Assembly: GCF_000143415.4 (NCBI RefSeq)
Contig: NW_003314269.1
Span: 582,401-646,400 of the forward strand
Reading direction: 5' to 3'
DNA from: Selaginella moellendorffii
Lineage: Eukaryota; Plantae; Lycopodiophyta
Length of the DNA: 64,000 bases
The notes beneath the pieces are model-generated. The model was not told the origin of the DNA. It did not search any database and was given only the letters and a program-made list of their open reading frames with translations. Position 1 is the first letter of the stretch, and every line of letters begins with the position of its first letter. This document shows positions 59,847 to 64,000 of the stretch, in pieces. Position numbers and translations under genes: made by a program.

Positions 59847-61791
59847 ATGGGGGACCGCTGGCTTCTCGAATCCATGGGCGACAGCGAGCAGCAGCATCAT
59901 CCGCAAGAGCAGAACCAGCAGCAGCGAGTGATCCTCAAATGGCTGGTTTCGTCCCCAAAATGGAGGGCGCTCGCAGCCCTGGGCCTGGGACAGGTCGTGT
60001 CACTGCTCGTCACTGCCACGGGATTCACATCCTCGTTCCTGGCTCGCGAAGGTAGGGTTTTGCGAATTTCTAGCTCTTAATTCTCCTGTCAAGGGGTGCA
60101 TGCGCCCACTGCCCAGGCATTTTGCAATTACGTGCTGCTGGCCATCGTTTGCGGATCGATTGTTCTTATCAAGCGGCCAAAGATCAAGGTCAGCGCTCAC
60201 CTGTTTTCTGAGAATCTTTTAGAATTCCCCCCTAATCTGGTTTGTTTTGGTTGGTCCTGAGTTTGATAGTAGTAAAAGAGCTTTATTTCTTTGTGTGTGT
60301 GTTGTATGTGCGTGTAGTTTCAGCTTCTTTTTGTCTAGCTTCTTACATCGATGTGGTGATTGTTCACAGGTACCTTGGTATGCTTTCCTGCTACTCGCCG
60401 TTGTGGATGTGGAAGCAAATTTTCTCGGTAAGTTTCACCGTGACCTTCTCTTTCTTTGTTCTTTTTATTGGTGACATAGTTTTGCGACCTGATCATTTTC
60501 TTCTCAGTTGTCAAGGCCTACCAATACACCTCGATCACAAGCGTCATGCTCCTTGATTGCTGGAGCATTCCCTGCGTGCTCCTTTTGACATGGTTTTTCC
60601 TCAAGACCCGGTACCGCATCGGGCATTTTGTTGGAGTCGGGATTTGCGTGACGGGGCTCGTGCTGGTGGTTCTCTCCGATGTTCACGCCAAAGATCGATC
60701 CGGTTTGTCCGCTTCAAAAAAAAAGAAACGAGTGTGTTTTGTGCTCGTTGAGTTGACGTGCTTGCATACTTGCAGCAGCCAAGCCTCGCTAACTTTGGTT
60801 TTATCTTCTCAGGTGGTAGTAATGTCGTCCTTGGAGACTTTCTCGTCATCGGAGCATCGATGCTGTACGCAATTTCCAATGTTAGCGAGGTATGGTGCTG
60901 CTAAAATTTCTCTTTCACATGAACTCTCATCTGAATCCCTTTTATGATTTTCCTCAGGAATTTATAGTGAAGAGAATTAATCCGGTTGAGCTGCTTGCTT
61001 TCCTCGGCTTGTTTGGATCGATAATAAGCGGGGTTCAAGTGTAAGTAGCCGTTGGATAATAGGATCGAACAGTGTTTTCTAAAAGACTTTTGTTTCAGGC
61101 TCGCTCTTGAACTGCATGAAATTCGTCACACTCAATGGACTGCAAATGCCGTAGGAACTCAAAACCTCTTGCCTCTTTAATATTCCCGTGTTTCTCGCTA
61201 ACTTTCCATTTTTGCAGATTGGTCCTTTTGTGGGATTTGCACTGGCCCAGTTTTCTTTTTACCTTCTCGTTCCAATTCTACTTCAGGTAAAGCGCAGATA
61301 CATGTGTGCATCCTTTGTTACACACTTTGGACACAGGGCAGTGGCTCGGCAATGTTTAACTTGTCTCTTCTCACGTCCGATATGTGGGCCGTCGCGATCC
61401 GTGCATTGGCCTACCATGAAGTCGTAAGTATTTACCAAAGCTTGTAGTTTATCGTGATTTCTATCGTTTTCTTTTCAGGTGGATTGGCTCTACTTTGTGG
61501 CGTTTGGAACAGTGGCAATAGGACTGTCTTTGTATTCTTACTTGTAAGTTGCGTGGTACCTCTTTTTTTTTTCTCGCTAACTCCACCTCCTTTTGTTATA
61601 GTGGTGAGCCGAGACCAAAGAAACAACAAGCAGCTGCAGAACTGGACGAGCCAGGACTCGAAGAAATCGTCGCGGAACATCCTGTGAAAGAAGATAGCGG
61701 TACACATTCTAAAAACACTAACAAGGAAGAAAAGCAGCAGTTTTTTCCCGACAAACGGGATAACAACGACGATGCACAGATTGAGCTTTGA
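59847..61791 (+). CDS. SLC35F1/2-like (DUF914) DMT-superfamily transporter, copy 1; true start may be 59874
   Basis: LGQVVSLL..TGFTSS.L, VDVEANFL.VKAYQYTSITSVMLLDCW, LYAISNVSEE, FNLSLLTSDMW; TATAAAAA at ~59818. Confidence 0.93.
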
Positions 61792-63471
61792 TGCTGGAAA
61801 AACTATATGTATACTTCTATCACTAATTGTTTGCTTTCTTCGTGAAGAAAGCACTGTTTCTCGGACTCGCCGTCGTCCACTTTAGGATTGTGAGTCGCGA
61901 ACGATAACTCCAACTAATGCAGGGGGTTTTAAGCCAGGGAGAGATCTTCCAAGGTTCATCTCGAAGAGGAGCGTTTACTCATGGGTAAGGGAGGTAAGCT
62001 GCTAACAGAGATTTTATATTTGATTTGATCTCTCGTGATTCATGACAGGCAAGAAAGATCACGGGTTCATTAAAGGAATGTAAGTTGTTCTTGGTTCGAT
62101 GTAAAATCTTTGGTTCTAAAACTTTGTTATTTGTGATTCGCAGCTTAGCAGCAATGTGTTGCTGCTGCTTGCTTGATGAATGCTGCTGTGATCCCACTGT
62201 GATCATTGTAGGCGATTAAAACGCGCCAGTTTCTTTTCTTTTTTTAAAAAAAAATTAAAAATTTCTAATGTCTACGTACACGCGGCTTTGGCGGTGGCGA
62301 GAATCCTTGACGGGCAAAGATCTATCAGCGCAACTGATGCCGATGAGCAGCCCTCTCCACTCGAGCAGATTCCGGTATCGTATTCAATGCTGGAGAGCGA
62401 AATTCATATAGATAGAGGTGAATTCGCAGCTACTGTCGAAGCCTGCTTGAAATTCTTCTGGTTCTCTCCGAGTTTGTCTTTGTCCCTTCAGTCTATTTTC
62501 TCGTAGCAGTTTCTGTAAAGAAGATGCGATCTGTTTTTTCAACCATGATCGCAGCAATATAATTAATTAATAATTGATCATTATCATTACATAAATTTAT
62601 TATGGCAAACATCTCAGCAATATAATTTAACTTCTTCTAAGCATACATGAGCAATTTTTTATGGGAGCCCAACGTACTCTTCCCCTAGCAAGGCCCACAG
62701 TTGACTGCAATTGACCAAATTATTTTAAAAGAAAAGATTAAGAGCTTAGGACAAAATTCAGGCTTTTTATATCGCTCTCAACTCCTTTGCCATGCATATG
62801 TTTTCTTTCTCCCCTTCTCCTTTATAGTCTCTCATCCCTGGTAATCTCCCTCAAGCACAAGCCCTCATGCTATTTTCCCTACATTAATTCCCACCAGGAA
62901 ATAATATTATCTCAAGACTCCCCTTTCTAATCCTCTTTAGAAGCTTTCTTATTTTCTTCCTAAATTACAAAAATATTTCATTCCCTCAACTTTGTCACCT
63001 TTTCTAATCTGAATAATTCATCATTTTAAATAATTTTGAGATGGAAATCCTTTGATGATGCTAGCAAGTAATATATTCAAAACTTTGGTGGTTGAAACAT
63101 TAAACATCACAATTATATAATTTTCTAACAGACCAAGGCAATATATTCAACTTAGGTGGTTGAAACATCAATGCTTTGCAACAAACAAGACAATGATAAT
63201 ATGAATTAGAGAAGGGAAAAGTGAACATTAACTTGCTTGCAGGTGACCTTGCAAGGTAAGTTTCCTTCAGGTGACATGCGAGTCAAGTATCACCCGGGAT
63301 GAACACACATCCGGGAAACTTCCAGCCTCTCCAAGAAGGAAATCACAATACTGTGAAGAAAAATCCCGGATCTGAGTATAGTGATTGTTCCAAAGGCAAG
63401 TACTAGAATATTATAAGAAGTCCTTGTCAACGAGGCAGGCGATTTCATGCGCTACGGTGCAGTGATAAGTT

Positions 63472-64000
63472 ATGGGTGACCGCTGGCTTCTCGAATCAAT
63501 GGGCGACCGGGAGCAGCAGCAGCAGCAGCACGACAATGATCATCTGCAGCAGCGAGTGATCCTGGAATGGCTGGTTTCGTCTCCAAAATGGAGGGCGCTC
63601 GCAGCCCTGGGCCTGGGACAGGTCCTGTCGCTGCTCCTCACTGCCACGGGATTCACATCCTCGTTCCTGGCTCGCGAAGGTAGGACCTGGTACTGTTATA
63701 TGAACCTCTAGCTTGATTCTCTTGTCAAAAGGGGTAAATGCGCCCACTGCCCAGGCATTTTTCAATTACGCGCTGCTGGCCATCGTTTGCGGATCGATTG
63801 TTCTTATCAAGAGGCCAAAGATCAAGGTCAGCGCCTGAAAATCATTTTAATCTTCCCTCTATTCGTGCTTGTTCTTGTTCATGAGTTGATTATACTTTCT
63901 TCTCTTTGTGTGTGTGTGTGTGTGTGTGTAGTTTCAGCTTCTTTTTGTCTAGCTTGTTACATCGATGTAGTGATTGTCAACAGGTACCTTGGTATGGTTT
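63472..64000 (+). CDS. SLC35F-like transporter, tandem copy 2, cut by the window end
   Basis: Near-identical to exons 1-2 and introns of copy 1. Confidence 0.9.
63907..63929. repeat. (TG)n microsatellite in an intron
   Basis: Read directly; expanded relative to the paralogous intron at ~60292. Confidence 0.9.

Noticed and set aside
62280-63420. Short ORF and TE-end-like motifs between the SLC35F copies
   Set aside because: No recognisable domain, paired TIR or TSD found
1-64000. CRISPR arrays, tRNA/rRNA genes, prokaryotic operons
   Set aside because: None seen; the window is intron-rich plant nuclear DNA

Overview
This is eukaryotic nuclear DNA from a gene-dense land plant. The ~50-60 nt introns, tiny intergenic gaps, GC-rich exons and PLS-PPR relics point to a lycophyte such as Selaginella; this is an inference. 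It holds about 24 protein-coding genes: an orphan protein, LPE1-like PPR, p24-delta, RUS3, beta-carbonic anhydrase, BPG2 GTPase, Lhcb1/2, CYP703-family P450, DUF212, MAPR4, ATP6AP2-like, SUO-like TFIIS-N protein, SNAP33, a non-RD kinase, epoxide hydrolase, MED5/MED33, GDU-like, SF1, a coiled-coil/winged-helix protein, WDR20-like WD40, ULP2 SUMO protease, PME31-like, a second orphan gene and two tandem SLC35F transporters. There are also pseudogenes (SABATH, CYP703 fragment, epoxide hydrolase, PLS-PPR) and LINE and MULE relics. Main observations: the Lhcb promoter cassette occurs three times, with the two extra copies upstream of the orphan gene and the CYP703; a stacked uORF/ATGA-repeat leader precedes the WD40 gene; the GDU-like ORF stops 51 bp before the MED5 start codon; several head-to-head gene pairs are only 55-101 bp apart; an intact orphan gene carries a PD-(D/E)XK-like motif; ULP2 has tandem micro-exon duplications; and there is a perfect 28-bp hairpin. 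Family assignments come from recognising motifs by eye, not from database searches. Multi-exon CDS coordinates run from start to stop codon, introns included.
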